Below are positions 30,126-40,605 of a stretch of DNA of 64,000 nucleotides, piece after piece; the stretch's first letter is position 1; each line of letters opens with the position of its first letter. The notes under the pieces are model-generated. The model was not told the DNA's origin. It saw only the letters and a program-made list of their open reading frames with translations, and ran no database searches. The translations under genes and the position numbers were made by a program. The DNA comes from a bacterium. Lineage in GTDB: Bacteria > UBA8248. The DNA is taken from contig CBDCRP010000002.1 of NCBI GenBank assembly GCA_965221165.1, positions 672,001-736,000 of the forward strand, given 5' to 3'.

Positions 30126-31013
30126 ATGGAGCGCAAAAAAGCGAGTGATTTCGACCAGGAATTATTGAATCTGTTCGATGAGTACGTGCACGGCATCATC
30201 GAGCGCAGGGAGTTTCTCGACAAGGCGGCCAAGTTCGCCGTCGGCGGCCTCACCGCCGCCGCTTTGCTGGACATGCTCTCGCCCGATTACGCCCTGGCGA
30301 AACAAGTCGAGGAGAACGACGCGCGCATCAAGGGCGAGACGATTGAGTACGCCTCCCCCAAGGGCCACGGAAAAATCAAGGCCTATCTCGTTCGTCCCGC
30401 GGGCGGGGGCAAGCGCGGCGGCGTGGTCGTCGTGCATGAGAACAGGGGGCTCAACCCCTATATCGCGGACGTCGCCCGGCGCGTGGCCGTGGCCGGCTTC
30501 ACCGCTCTTGCGCCAGACGGCCTTACGCCCTTGGGCGGATACCCCGGCAACGACCCCGACGGCAAGGTCATGCAGCGAAAGCTGGACAAGGCGAAACTGC
30601 TGCAGGATTTCTTCGCCGCCTTCGATCACCTGAAAGCCGACGCGAACGCGAACGGCAAAGTCGGCGTGGTGGGCTTTTGCTACGGAGGCGGCGTCTCGAA
30701 CGCCATGGCCGTCCACAAGCCGGACCTCGCCGCCTCGGTTCCCTTCTACGGACGCCAGCCCAAGACCGAAGCCGAGGTCGCCAGAATCAAGGCGCCCTTG
30801 CTGATCCACTTCGGCGAGCTGGATAAGCGCATCAACAAGGGGTGGCCCGCCTATGAGGCCGCACTCAAGAAACACGGCAAGGAATACACCGCGCATTTCT
30901 ACCCGAAGGCCAACCACGGCTTTCACAACGACACCACGCCGCGCTACGACAAAGCCGCCGCCGAACTCGCCTGGAAGCGCACAATCAACTTCTTCCGGGA
31001 GAAGCTGGGGTAG
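30126..31013 (+). CDS. yghX: Dienelactone hydrolase family protein (YghX-like)
   Basis: [38 protein letters not shown]. Confidence 0.9.
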   Translation: MERKKASDFDQELLNLFDEYVHGIIERREFLDKAAKFAVGGLTAAALLDMLSPDYALAKQVEENDARIKGETIEYASPKGHGKIKAYLVRPAGGGKRGGVVVVHENRGLNPYIADVARRVAVAGFTALAPDGLTPLGGYPGNDPDGKVMQRKLDKAKLLQDFFAAFDHLKADANANGKVGVVGFCYGGGVSNAMAVHKPDLAASVPFYGRQPKTEAEVARIKAPLLIHFGELDKRINKGWPAYEAALKKHGKEYTAHFYPKANHGFHNDTTPRYDKAAAELAWKRTINFFREKLG

Positions 31014-31159
31014 ACCGATTTCGCGTGAGAATGGAAGGCCTCCCCTATGATGGGGGAGGTCGCCTTCTGTAGGGGCGGGGCTTAATTACGAAGACGGCAT
31101 GTATGGTAGCGTATCAAGGAAAGATTGAGAGAATTGACGTGAAGTATCCTTACTATAGA

Positions 31160-32407
31160 TTAAACTCTACTTGAATATTCCTCTAACAATTGCCGGCTAA
31201 TTTTCCCGCCATGAAGCCCTTTCATTAATGTGTATGGCTGAAGCAATGGGTTCCTAAATCTGTATCTGTAGTTTCGTCGTTTTCCTATTTTTTGAAAAAT
31301 CTCCCCCCTCTCTTCTTCGCAGAATTGATTCAAATGTCTGGAATATCTATCAATACTGTATTCTTTGTTCATTATCTGGCTCATCGGGCGTTTAACATCA
31401 ATGGCTCGAAAATATCCAAAATCATCTTTGGGAGCCAATGCGCATGCTTGCAATACTTCCTCAAATAAACTTTCTGGGCGGGAACTTCCCGTTGCTTTAT
31501 GGTAAGCGTTCATCACACTTTGTTCCGTATCCGCTAATGCGCTTTTTAGCGCATTTTCTACGTGGCAAAGCTGAATTTTTTGCTGGCCGTCGTCAATCGC
31601 ATCACGGGTAGCATGAAGCGCCAATAAATGCGCATAATGTGGTAAGCCCTGTGACAACAAAGAAAGATGATTAAGCGCAACCCCTTCAATCTCCATAGAA
31701 CTCAATCGCTCTAAGCCTTTTACAACAATGTTCCTGAGCTCTTCTTCAGACATTCTTGGCATTTTTATTTGAGTTAAGGCTCTTTCTACGGACTCGTGTT
31801 CTTCAATGAGTTCATCAATGGAGTCTCCAACCCCCACAACTACAATAGTAGTGTTAACTGGATTATCAGAAAGCGCTTTGATGGTATCTGCAAGAAGTAA
31901 CTTCGCATCATCGTCAACCAAGCGATCAAATTCATCAATGATTATAATCAATATAGCGTCATTGGAAATAATGGTTAGGGCTTTCCTGACAAGCGCTGGC
32001 CCCAGTGTTAGATATCCATTTTTGAGATCGGCGCTTCCATAAATCGAGCTTGGTGATCTTAAGGAATTATTCTCACAAGACACTTCCAGTTCTTCAAATA
32101 TTTTGCTCCACATCACAGAGTAATCGTACGTAACATCACATTGGACTCTCGCAACCAAAACAGGCAGGGCGAGTTCTTGTTCATCAAGATGCGCCTTGAG
32201 AACGTTCGCAAGTGATGTTTTACCAACTCCTCGTTCACCAAATATTATCCCGTGCCGGCCTCGTTGATTTATTGAATCAATCAGCCTTGTCAACTGGCGA
32301 AATCTTCCTGAAAATAAGTCTTTTTCGCTGACAGGAGAAGATGGGGTAAAAATTCTACCTACCGCAAGTGACAATCTTCTCTTTTCCTCTTCCGACAAAG
32401 CCATCAC
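31160..32407 (-). CDS. Orc1/Cdc6-like AAA+ ATPase with putative C-terminal winged helix
   Basis: LFSGR, GERGVGKTS, IIIDEFDRL, GLPHYAHLL; visibly AT-rich relative to flanks. Confidence 0.8.
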   Translation of the reverse strand: MMALSEEEKRRLSLAVGRIFTPSSPVSEKDLFSGRFRQLTRLIDSINQRGRHGIIFGERGVGKTSLANVLKAHLDEQELALPVLVARVQCDVTYDYSVMWSKIFEELEVSCENNSLRSPSSIYGSADLKNGYLTLGPALVRKALTIISNDAILIIIIDEFDRLVDDDAKLLLADTIKALSDNPVNTTIVVVGVGDSIDELIEEHESVERALTQIKMPRMSEEELRNIVVKGLERLSSMEIEGVALNHLSLLSQGLPHYAHLLALHATRDAIDDGQQKIQLCHVENALKSALADTEQSVMNAYHKATGSSRPESLFEEVLQACALAPKDDFGYFRAIDVKRPMSQIMNKEYSIDRYSRHLNQFCEEERGEIFQKIGKRRNYRYRFRNPLLQPYTLMKGLHGGKISRQLLEEYSSRV

Positions 32408-32665
32408 AAGCCTCCATCAATTTACAATATAAAATATTAACTAACAATATAACTCATTTATATGAAAATAAAAGTAGCTTATCTAAAAATTAACTCTCAA
32501 TAAAAACAGGTCTTTCGCTGACAGGAGAAGAAGAGGTAAAATTCTACCTATCGTAAGAGATAGTCTTCTCTTTTCCTCTTCCACTAAAACCATCACAAGC
32601 CTCTAATTATTACAAATATAAGGTATCAACTAACAATATAAATGAATTATCTGAAAATAAAAACA
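32318..32665. repeat. Diverged direct duplication (about 155 bp) of ATPase 5' end and upstream region
   Basis: 32318-32475 vs 32510-32665 share CGCTGACAGGAGAAGA, TCTTCTCTTTTCCTCTTCC, CCATCACAAGCCTC, AACTAACAATATAA. Confidence 0.85.
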
Positions 32666-32705
32666 ATGACCAAGAATAAGTGTATTCTCTTCCAAGGAGA
32701 AGCCC

Positions 32706-33086
32706 ATGCCCATGAAGAACCCGCCGCACCCCGGCAAAGTCGTGCGCGTCTCCTGTCTGGAACCGCTGGGTTTGAACGTGACCGAAGGGGCCAAAGCACT
32801 GGGCGTCAGCCGCCAGGCCCTCTCGAACCTGGTGAACGGCCACGCACGGGTGTCGTCGGAGATGGCGATACGCCTCGCCAAGGCCTTCGGCTCGACCACG
32901 GAGACCTGGATACGCTTGCAAACCGCTTACGACATCGCCCAGGCGAGAGAACGCGAGGATGAGATCGAAGTTCAGCGCTACGAGCCACAACGGTATGAGG
33001 CCCAAAGAGCGGATCAAGCGACCCGTCCTTTATACGGAGCGAGGTTGATTTCGCCTTCGCGCTTGCGGGTCTGGGCGATGTCGTAG
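32706..33086 (+). CDS. higA: HigA-family antitoxin (orphan, extended C-terminus)
   Basis: [45 protein letters not shown]. Confidence 0.85.
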   Translation: MPMKNPPHPGKVVRVSCLEPLGLNVTEGAKALGVSRQALSNLVNGHARVSSEMAIRLAKAFGSTTETWIRLQTAYDIAQAREREDEIEVQRYEPQRYEAQRADQATRPLYGARLISPSRLRVWAMS

Positions 33087-33325
33087 CTGTTCTGCATCCG
33101 CATCAGCGTATCCATGGACACACCGAATGCCTTCTCAATACGAAGCGCCATCAGAGGCGAGAGGTGCGCGCGCTCATTGAGCAGCGCAGACAGCGCGGGG
33201 CGCGTGACTCCTAAGACTCGCGCCGCTTCGGTCACCGTCAAGCCCAACGGTTCGACGATCTCGCTCTTCACGAATCCGCCCGGGTGGGCCGGGTTCTTCA
33301 TCCGGATGCCGCCTGTTACGCTCAT
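33014..33325 (-). CDS. higA: HigA-family antitoxin
   Basis: [37 protein letters not shown]. Confidence 0.9.
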   Translation of the reverse strand: MSVTGGIRMKNPAHPGGFVKSEIVEPLGLTVTEAARVLGVTRPALSALLNERAHLSPLMALRIEKAFGVSMDTLMRMQNSYDIAQTRKREGEINLAPYKGRVA

Positions 33326-33334
33326 GGCCACCTC

Positions 33335-33625
33335 CTAGTGGTAATCCTCATAGTTCAGATCGACGATCTCGATCTCCCTCTTGTCGATCCGGAATGTGAG
33401 TCGCCAGTTTTTCGTAACCGACAAACTCCAGACGCCCTTCCGATCGCCGACAAGCTGATGCGCCCTCCAGGCCGGAACGGTTCGTAGTTCTTCTTCCCGC
33501 TCCATATCCTGAAGAAAAGAAAGAATACGCTGTAATTTCGGCACAACCGCAGGCTGGAGACCAGCAGGGTTATCATCCTCCATGAATCGGCGCAGTCCCT
33601 TGTGAACCACGTTTCGGATCTTCAT
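33335..33625 (-). CDS. higB: HigB (RelE/ParE superfamily) toxin
   Basis: HKGLRRF, HQLVGDRKGVWSLSVTKNWRLTF, NYEDYH; toxin-first order. Confidence 0.9.
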   Translation of the reverse strand: MKIRNVVHKGLRRFMEDDNPAGLQPAVVPKLQRILSFLQDMEREEELRTVPAWRAHQLVGDRKGVWSLSVTKNWRLTFRIDKREIEIVDLNYEDYH

Positions 33626-33832
33626 ACCGCAAGTTATCACAACAATCCGTTAACCGTAAAGTGACGCATTACGATACTTTATAGTACCGATCCCCCCGCC
33701 ACCACTCACCCATGCTGAGGACTACTAATCCATCCCTCTCTCTGGCATAATGTAAAAAAGCCATGAGGACCCCTGTTCGGGCGAGCAGTTTCTCGACCCG
33801 TCGTTTTCTGCGAGACAGGGACTCCCGACCTC

Positions 33833-34588
33833 ATGCGCGGCCTGCCGGGAAAATTCATCGACTTCAACAAATACCTATCCAAAGGTTTTGATAGGGTGTT
33901 GTCCAGGGATTTCCGGGTGGATGGACACACGCATTTCCGAAAAAAATTCGCACCTCCCCACATCCCCGAGGGCGTGCTGGTCTATGAGGTCGGCGGAGGG
34001 AAACGCCCCTTGCACACGCTTGATGAGAAAGCGCGGCGCGGCCTTCGTGTCGTCGGCCTCGACATCGACCAGGGAGAACTGACCAGTGCGCCGCGCGGAG
34101 CGTATGATGAGACCATTCGCGCCGACATCACCGAATACCGCGGATGCGGGAACGCCGATGTGGTGATCGGCCAGGCCTTGCTCGAGCATGTTACCGACAC
34201 CGCAGCCGCTTTCGCCGGCCTGGCGAGCATCCTGAAAAAAGGCGGCGTCGCTCTCCTCTTCGCGCCGTCGAGAAACGCCGCCTACGCGCGCGTCAACCTC
34301 ATTCTCCCTGAGAGGCTCAAGCGGAAGCTCTTAGGGCGTCTCTACCCCGAACTCGCCGAGAAGGCTGGTTTTCAGGGCCGCTACCATCGCTGCACATTGT
34401 CCGATTTCGAGGAGATGGCGCGCGGGGAAGGTTTAGCCGTCATCAAGAAAAAGGCCTATTATTACAGCGAGTATTTCAGTTTTTTCGCGCCCCTTCACGT
34501 TCTCTGGCGACTGTGGCTATGGGTTTTCTTTTTCTTGGCGCGCGAGCGGGCGGCGGAGACCTTCAGCCTCGCGCTGCGCAAAAAATGA
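33833..34588 (+). CDS. Class I SAM-dependent methyltransferase
   Basis: YEVGGG, VGLDID, LLEHV, LKKGG. Confidence 0.8.
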   Translation: MRGLPGKFIDFNKYLSKGFDRVLSRDFRVDGHTHFRKKFAPPHIPEGVLVYEVGGGKRPLHTLDEKARRGLRVVGLDIDQGELTSAPRGAYDETIRADITEYRGCGNADVVIGQALLEHVTDTAAAFAGLASILKKGGVALLFAPSRNAAYARVNLILPERLKRKLLGRLYPELAEKAGFQGRYHRCTLSDFEEMARGEGLAVIKKKAYYYSEYFSFFAPLHVLWRLWLWVFFFLARERAAETFSLALRKK

Positions 34589-34641
34589 GGACGGGAACCA
34601 GGGCGCGCCTCGATTTATCGGCTTTCAGTTGAGTGGACATC

Positions 34642-36588
34642 ATGTGCGGCGTAGCGGGCTTTCTCTTCACACATCAGGAAGTGGACGACCCCCGGGGCGT
34701 CGTTTCGAGGATGGCGGGGAGCCTCTTGCACCGTGGCCCGGACGATGCGGGAAGCTGGGTGGACGAGGCGGCGGGCGTGGCTCTGGGACACCGGAGACTC
34801 GCCGTCATCGATTTGAGCGTGGAGGGCCGCCAGCCCATGATCTCGCATGGCGGACGATATGTCCTCTCCTACAACGGAGAAATCTATAATTTCCCCGAAC
34901 TGCGCGAGGAATTGACGCGGGAGGGGGCGCGCTTCAATGGAGGCTCGGACACCGAGGTGCTCCTCGCCGCGGTGGAGACGTGGGGGCTGGAGGCGGCTAT
35001 AGAGCGATTCGTCGGCATGTTCGCCTTCGCCTTGTGGGATCGCGCAGAAAAAACGCTGCATCTCGCGCGCGACAGGATGGGCGAGAAACCCCTTTATTAC
35101 GGCTGGTGCCGAAAGTCCTTTCTTTTCGGCTCGGAACTCAAATCCCTCCGCGCGCACCCGGATTGGGAAGGCGAGATTTCAACAGACGCGCTGGCCCAGT
35201 ACATGAAGCTGGGTTGCGTTCCCTCCCCGCATTCCATCTACCGGGGGATCCACAAGCTGCCGCCCGGCGCTACCTTAAGCCTCCGCACTTGGGATCCACC
35301 CGGGCATCTGCCGGAGCCACACGCGTACTGGCGTGCGGAAGACATGGTGAAGCGCGCATCCGCAAGGAGGGAGGCGCTCTCGGACGATGAGGCTCTCGGC
35401 CAACTCGAAGAAACATTAAAGCGCTCCGTGCGGCAAATGCTGCGGGCCGATGCACCGCTCGGCGCGTTTCTCTCGGGCGGGGTCGATTCCTCCACTGTGG
35501 TCGCCCTGATGAAAGCGGAGGGGGCCGTTCCCGCCCGAACGTTTTCCATCGGATTCCACGAGAAAGGCTACGACGAAGCCCACCATGCGGGCGAGATGGC
35601 CCGCCACCTCCAAACGGAGCACACCGAACTCTACGCCGGTCCGAGAGAAGCGCTCGACGTCATTCCGCGCCTGCCCCGGCTATATGATGAGCCGTTCTCG
35701 GATTCATCCCAGATTCCCGCGGTCTTGCTATGCGCCCTCACGCGGGAGTACGTGACGGTCGCTCTCTCGGGAGATGGGGGCGATGAACTCTTCGGAGGCT
35801 ACAACCGCCATTTTTGGGCGCCCAGAGTCTGGAGGTGGAGCCATCGGCTGCCGAAGCGACTCAAAACGCGGATGGCGAAGGAGCTGACGGCACGGCACCA
35901 CGCGCTGGCGCGTTCTTATGAAAAAATGTCGCCCTTGCTGCCGAGGCGCTACCGGGTGGAGATGGCCGACGACAAGCTCCGCAAACTGGCGAATCTCCTC
36001 GACGTATCGAGCCTCGATGAAACCTACGAACGATTAAGAGTGCACGGAGAAAATTCGATTTGCGTCGGCGCGAATCCTGATACGGAAAACACGTTTCCCC
36101 CAAGCCTGAAGGCAAGCGGCCTTCACCCCGCAGAGAGGATGATGTACCGCGACATGGTGGAATATCTGCCCGATGATATTCTGGTGAAAGTGGACAGGGC
36201 GAGTATGGGAGCGAGCCTCGAGGTGCGAGCGCCCTATCTGGACCACCGGGTCGTAGAGTTCGTCTGGGGTCTGCCGTTGAGTCTCAAGCTGCGCGGTGGC
36301 GAGGGAAAATGGATTTTGAGGCGCTTATTGTCCCGCTACGCCCCAGATTCTCTGATTCAAAGGCCTAAAATGGGCTTCGGCGCTCCCATCGGCGGGTGGC
36401 TGCGAGGCCCTCTCAGAGACTGGGCGGAGGATTTAATGCGCGAATCGCGTCTCAAGGGAGAGGGTTTTTTCCACGCGCAACCCATCCGCGAAATGTGGAA
36501 GCAGCATCTATCCGGTAAAAGGGACTGGCAACATCATCTTTGGGGCGTGTTGATGTTTCAGGCGTGGCAAGATGAACAAGGGCGATGA
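34642..36588 (+). CDS. asnB: Asparagine synthase (glutamine-hydrolyzing)-like amidotransferase
   Basis: MCG, HRGPD, NGEIYN, FLSGGVDSS, SGDGGDE, RPKMGF. Confidence 0.92.
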   Translation: MCGVAGFLFTHQEVDDPRGVVSRMAGSLLHRGPDDAGSWVDEAAGVALGHRRLAVIDLSVEGRQPMISHGGRYVLSYNGEIYNFPELREELTREGARFNGGSDTEVLLAAVETWGLEAAIERFVGMFAFALWDRAEKTLHLARDRMGEKPLYYGWCRKSFLFGSELKSLRAHPDWEGEISTDALAQYMKLGCVPSPHSIYRGIHKLPPGATLSLRTWDPPGHLPEPHAYWRAEDMVKRASARREALSDDEALGQLEETLKRSVRQMLRADAPLGAFLSGGVDSSTVVALMKAEGAVPARTFSIGFHEKGYDEAHHAGEMARHLQTEHTELYAGPREALDVIPRLPRLYDEPFSDSSQIPAVLLCALTREYVTVALSGDGGDELFGGYNRHFWAPRVWRWSHRLPKRLKTRMAKELTARHHALARSYEKMSPLLPRRYRVEMADDKLRKLANLLDVSSLDETYERLRVHGENSICVGANPDTENTFPPSLKASGLHPAERMMYRDMVEYLPDDILVKVDRASMGASLEVRAPYLDHRVVEFVWGLPLSLKLRGGEGKWILRRLLSRYAPDSLIQRPKMGFGAPIGGWLRGPLRDWAEDLMRESRLKGEGFFHAQPIREMWKQHLSGKRDWQHHLWGVLMFQAWQDEQGR

Positions 36589-36589
36589 A

Positions 36590-37762
36590 ATGAGCAAGAC
36601 GCTGTTTCTGCTGGATCTGGAGGACAGATACTTTTTGAGCCACAGGCGCGCGCTGGCGCAGGCGGCCAAGGATGCGGGGTATCGCGTCGTCGTATGCGTG
36701 AGAATCGGCGGAAAATACATGGAACGGATTCGGAAGGAGGGTTTCGAGTGTTTCTCTTTGGGGAGTGAAAACAAGGGAGGAGTCAGCCTCCTGCAGGAAT
36801 TTCTCGCCCTCGCCAAGCTCATACGCGCCTATCGTAAATATCGGCCCCGAATCGCCCACCATTTCGGCGTAAGAAACCTGGTGCACGGCTCGCTCGCCGC
36901 CTGGTTCGCGAAAACGCCATTCGCCGTGAACTCGTTCGTGGGCCTGGGTATGCTGTTTTCCTCAGGCTCGCTCAGGCTTCATTTGTTGAGAAAAATCATC
37001 TTGTTCCTGCTGCGGCATTTCCACCGGAGGAAAAACACCCGGGTGATCGTGCAGAACGACGACGACAAAGAGATTGTTCTGAAAAACGTGCTTCCCGAGG
37101 AATCCCGATTGGCCGTCATTCGCGGTTCGGGCGTCGACGTTCACTCCTTTCGCCCTGCCCCCGAACCTGCGGGCACGCCACTGGCGGTGCTTGCCTCCCG
37201 GATGCTCGCGGACAAGGGGGTGCATGAATTCGTAGAGGCTGCCGCCCTTCTGAGAAAAGAAAACCTCAATATTCGCATGGTGCTGGTGGGAAGCCCGGAC
37301 CCCAAAAATCCATCCTCCATCCCCGATTCCACGCTCTCGAAATGGGACCGCGAGGCCCGGGTCGAATGGTGGGGCTACAGGGAAGACATGCCCCAAGTGT
37401 GGAGAGGCTGCCACATCGCCGTTTTGCCGACATACTACAAAGAGGGGCTTCCGAGAAGCCTGCTCGAAGCAGCGGCATGCGCTCGCCCTCTGGTGGCCAC
37501 CGAGGTTCCGGGATGCCGGGATATCGTGAAAGACGGGGTAAATGGACTGCGCGTCGCGCCTCGCGATCCGAGAGGCCTGGCCGACGCCATCAGAAAGCTG
37601 GCGCGGGATGCCGACCTGAGACGAAGAATGGGGGCGGCGGGGCGGCGCATCGTGGAAAAAGAATTTTCCGATGAAATCGTCTCGGGAGAAATTTTGAAGC
37701 TCTATGAACTCACGGACGCAACGTATGAAGAGTCGGGAAGAAGTGAAGCGAGCCTCAGGTAG
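36590..37762 (+). CDS. GT4 glycosyltransferase
   Basis: GSGVD, SRMLADKGV, EGLPRSLLEA, VPGCRDIV. Confidence 0.9.
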   Translation: MSKTLFLLDLEDRYFLSHRRALAQAAKDAGYRVVVCVRIGGKYMERIRKEGFECFSLGSENKGGVSLLQEFLALAKLIRAYRKYRPRIAHHFGVRNLVHGSLAAWFAKTPFAVNSFVGLGMLFSSGSLRLHLLRKIILFLLRHFHRRKNTRVIVQNDDDKEIVLKNVLPEESRLAVIRGSGVDVHSFRPAPEPAGTPLAVLASRMLADKGVHEFVEAAALLRKENLNIRMVLVGSPDPKNPSSIPDSTLSKWDREARVEWWGYREDMPQVWRGCHIAVLPTYYKEGLPRSLLEAAACARPLVATEVPGCRDIVKDGVNGLRVAPRDPRGLADAIRKLARDADLRRRMGAAGRRIVEKEFSDEIVSGEILKLYELTDATYEESGRSEASLR

Positions 37763-37808
37763 CCTTGAAGACGGGAGGATGAAGCCTCTTGCAGGGAACG
37801 ACGACCCC

Positions 37809-38480
37809 CTAGGCGACATACCCCCGTATGCGCAAAAAGGCGAGCATCGTCAGGAGTATCACTTGTAAATCCATAGAAAACGAGTAATTCAGAATATAGT
37901 ATAAATCGTGCTCCAGCTTGATTCTGTAGTCTTCTATCTGATCGACATGGCCCTGCCGAATTTGCGCCCACCCCGTTATTCCTGCGGGAACGAGTTCGCG
38001 GTATTCGAATTCGGGATAATGTTTTTTGGCTATCTCAAGCGTCTTGATGTACTCCGCCCTGGGGCCGACGAGACTCATATCCCCCTTGATGACGTTCCAG
38101 AGTTGCGGAAATTCATCGAGATGATACAGGCGCAAGAAACGCCCGAGAGGGTAGACTCTCGGATCGTTTTCTTTCGTCGAAATAGTTCCTTCCGGCCGAT
38201 CCGCATTCACGCGCATCGTCCGAAATTTGTAGAGAGTGAACAACCTACCGTATTGGGTGACGCGGGCTTGAGAATAAAATATCGGCCCCTCGCTCACGAG
38301 CTTGATCGAGATGGCGATGAGGAGGCCGAAAGGGACGAACAGGAGCAGGATCGCGACACTGAAAACCAAATCCAGCGCGCGTTTGCATAAATATTGGTTC
38401 CGGCTCAGGACTTGCTCACTCTTCAGGACAGAGAATTTCCCGGCATGGGAAATGGACTCCAAAGAAATACGGCCTGGCAT
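37809..38480 (-). CDS. Sugar transferase (polyprenyl-phosphate phosphoglycosyl transferase)
   Basis: KRALD, YKFRTM, LDEFPQLWNV, GDMSLVGPR, GITGWAQ. Confidence 0.92.
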   Translation of the reverse strand: MPGRISLESISHAGKFSVLKSEQVLSRNQYLCKRALDLVFSVAILLLFVPFGLLIAISIKLVSEGPIFYSQARVTQYGRLFTLYKFRTMRVNADRPEGTISTKENDPRVYPLGRFLRLYHLDEFPQLWNVIKGDMSLVGPRAEYIKTLEIAKKHYPEFEYRELVPAGITGWAQIRQGHVDQIEDYRIKLEHDLYYILNYSFSMDLQVILLTMLAFLRIRGYVA

Positions 38481-39153
38481 GAGAAAAATTCAACCCAACT
38501 CATGAACGCGTAGCGCGTGATGCGCCATAGATGCGCCTAAATCCAAGGCCATTCCGCATTCGCACTTTACATTCAGGGGAATTTTCTCTATATTCGAGTC
38601 CGATAACGAAAATAAAGCGAAAATATAGGCATGCGGCGAAAGCCCACTCCAGATTCCACCACGAACTGCAACAGAGGAAGACATTAGCTCATCACCTTGG
38701 TGTTATATGAGAGAAGTGATGCCAAAAGCACATGAACAGACAATCCTCCCGACGCACCGTACGTTTACGTATTTAGGCATATTACGGGCTGAACGGCATA
38801 CAATCCACTATGTAAAGGGAATTGGTTTCACGCTTATTCCGACTTCTGGATGAGTCGTCTTGTATTCAGCGCGCAACCCGTAAAAAAAATAGCGCATGAA
38901 TTGTATGCCGAGAATCATAGTGGAATGCAGAATTTGAATTGTCAACAAAAAAATAGAAACAAGAAACATTTTTACGCGGTTTCATCGATTTTCGACGGGA
39001 CAGGCTTTTGGCCTTTTCAAGAGTTTCTAGTCATGTGCAGCCTCCATCGATGGACCCCGCTCTATCACGAGAGCACGTGACGCATCATTTCAAGCCACTG
39101 GAGGGCATCTTGCTTTTCACGCACGTCATTTTCTCGAAGGGCATTTCCTGGTC

Positions 39154-40605
39154 ATGAACCCCTCATTTCTGGCATATGGGACCATGGCGCTCGGAGCCGC
39201 CGCGATTATCTTGACGAGCCTATGGAACCTCGGAGCCGCAGGCGCGCTGTTCTTGTTCCTGAACCCGCTCGTCAACATCGAGGTCGCTTTCGGCGATACG
39301 GGAAGAAGCATCTCGTACGACAAGCTGGCGATCATGGCCCTGGTTTCGGGTTTCGCGTGGCGTGTCTTCAGAAAACAAAGCGATGTGCATCTCAAAAACA
39401 AACCCTTCATCCGCTACTTATGGTTGCTCTACATCGCCTGGAGTTTCGTGGCGGCATGGCTGAGTGGCGCGCCCGTCAAACAACAACTCTGGGGCCTCGC
39501 CGAAACGATCGCATACTTCATCACCTTTCTCGCTTTTCTCGATATCTGCGCAGAGGAAACCTCCCGCAACCGGATTCTCAAAGCCATTCTCTATGGCGGC
39601 GTCATCATGCTGGCGGCCGTCGCATTCCAGAATCTGACGTATCAAATCACTTTGAACATCTGGGATTGGCGCCACAGCTTCCGCGCCGATTTGCTGTATT
39701 CGTCATTTCCCCGGATGTTCTTCGGCTTTCGGCCCGGCCCAATCGGACATCCGAATTTTCTCGCCGCTTATCTGATTTTATGGGCTACTATCTACCCCCT
39801 GCTTTTGCGCATGTCCTCCCGCCTGGCGGGACTCTTCATCTTCACCGCACACCTCATCATATTGGCGTCCGCAGGCAGTTATGGAGGAATTCTGGGCTTC
39901 GCCATCTGCTGCTTGGCAGTTTTGTATGTCACCAAGCCGCATCCAACGACGATTGTTTGCGGCCCCACTCCCCACTCCAAAACCCGTCTGCTCCCGCATA
40001 TCCTGGCCGCTTGCTTCATCCTGGTGATAGGGACCGCCATCGCCAATGACGGAGACTTCATGGGCTTATCGTTCCTGCCGAGAATCTACATACACCGGGT
40101 TGGTGGGAAAATGCTCTCCGAGCGACCCCTGGCGGGTTATGGAAATGGTCTTTTTCCGCAAACTTTTCAGGAAAAGGAGAGAGATTATGCGCAAAAAGAC
40201 GGGCTGAAAATACCACCCTGGAGGATGAAGGCTTCCCATTCGCCGAGAACAAACCATTCCCAGGGCCTGGGAGCAGACCATTCCAGTGGGAAAGCACACG
40301 AAAATATCCCGACACTCTCGGCCCATTCCTCCTATCTCAAGACCTTCGTCGAATCAGGCCTTCCGGGAGGGCTTCTTTTTCTTGGCCTGCTGATGGGAGG
40401 ACTCCTGGAGGCGTATCTTCGATTGAGAAAAACGGGTCGACTTTCGATTCGCTCGCCCGAGGCCTGGGGATGGGCCGCCTGCATCGGCGTGTGCTTTCAG
40501 GCCGGAACCGAGAACATTTTTTCATCGCCTAAGATTTCCGTTCTCTATTGGGCCATCACGGCGTATTGCCTGACGGTGAAATCCACGAAAACGAAAAACC
40601 TCTAG
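39154..40605 (+). CDS. O-antigen ligase family protein
   Basis: Multi-TM; GHPNFLA, PLAGYG, AHSSYL..VESGLPG. Confidence 0.8.
   Translation: MNPSFLAYGTMALGAAAIILTSLWNLGAAGALFLFLNPLVNIEVAFGDTGRSISYDKLAIMALVSGFAWRVFRKQSDVHLKNKPFIRYLWLLYIAWSFVAAWLSGAPVKQQLWGLAETIAYFITFLAFLDICAEETSRNRILKAILYGGVIMLAAVAFQNLTYQITLNIWDWRHSFRADLLYSSFPRMFFGFRPGPIGHPNFLAAYLILWATIYPLLLRMSSRLAGLFIFTAHLIILASAGSYGGILGFAICCLAVLYVTKPHPTTIVCGPTPHSKTRLLPHILAACFILVIGTAIANDGDFMGLSFLPRIYIHRVGGKMLSERPLAGYGNGLFPQTFQEKERDYAQKDGLKIPPWRMKASHSPRTNHSQGLGADHSSGKAHENIPTLSAHSSYLKTFVESGLPGGLLFLGLLMGGLLEAYLRLRKTGRLSIRSPEAWGWAACIGVCFQAGTENIFSSPKISVLYWAITAYCLTVKSTKTKNL

Noticed and set aside
32318-32665. DGR template/variable repeat pair
   Set aside because: Differences are not adenine-specific on either strand, include indels, and no reverse transcriptase is present
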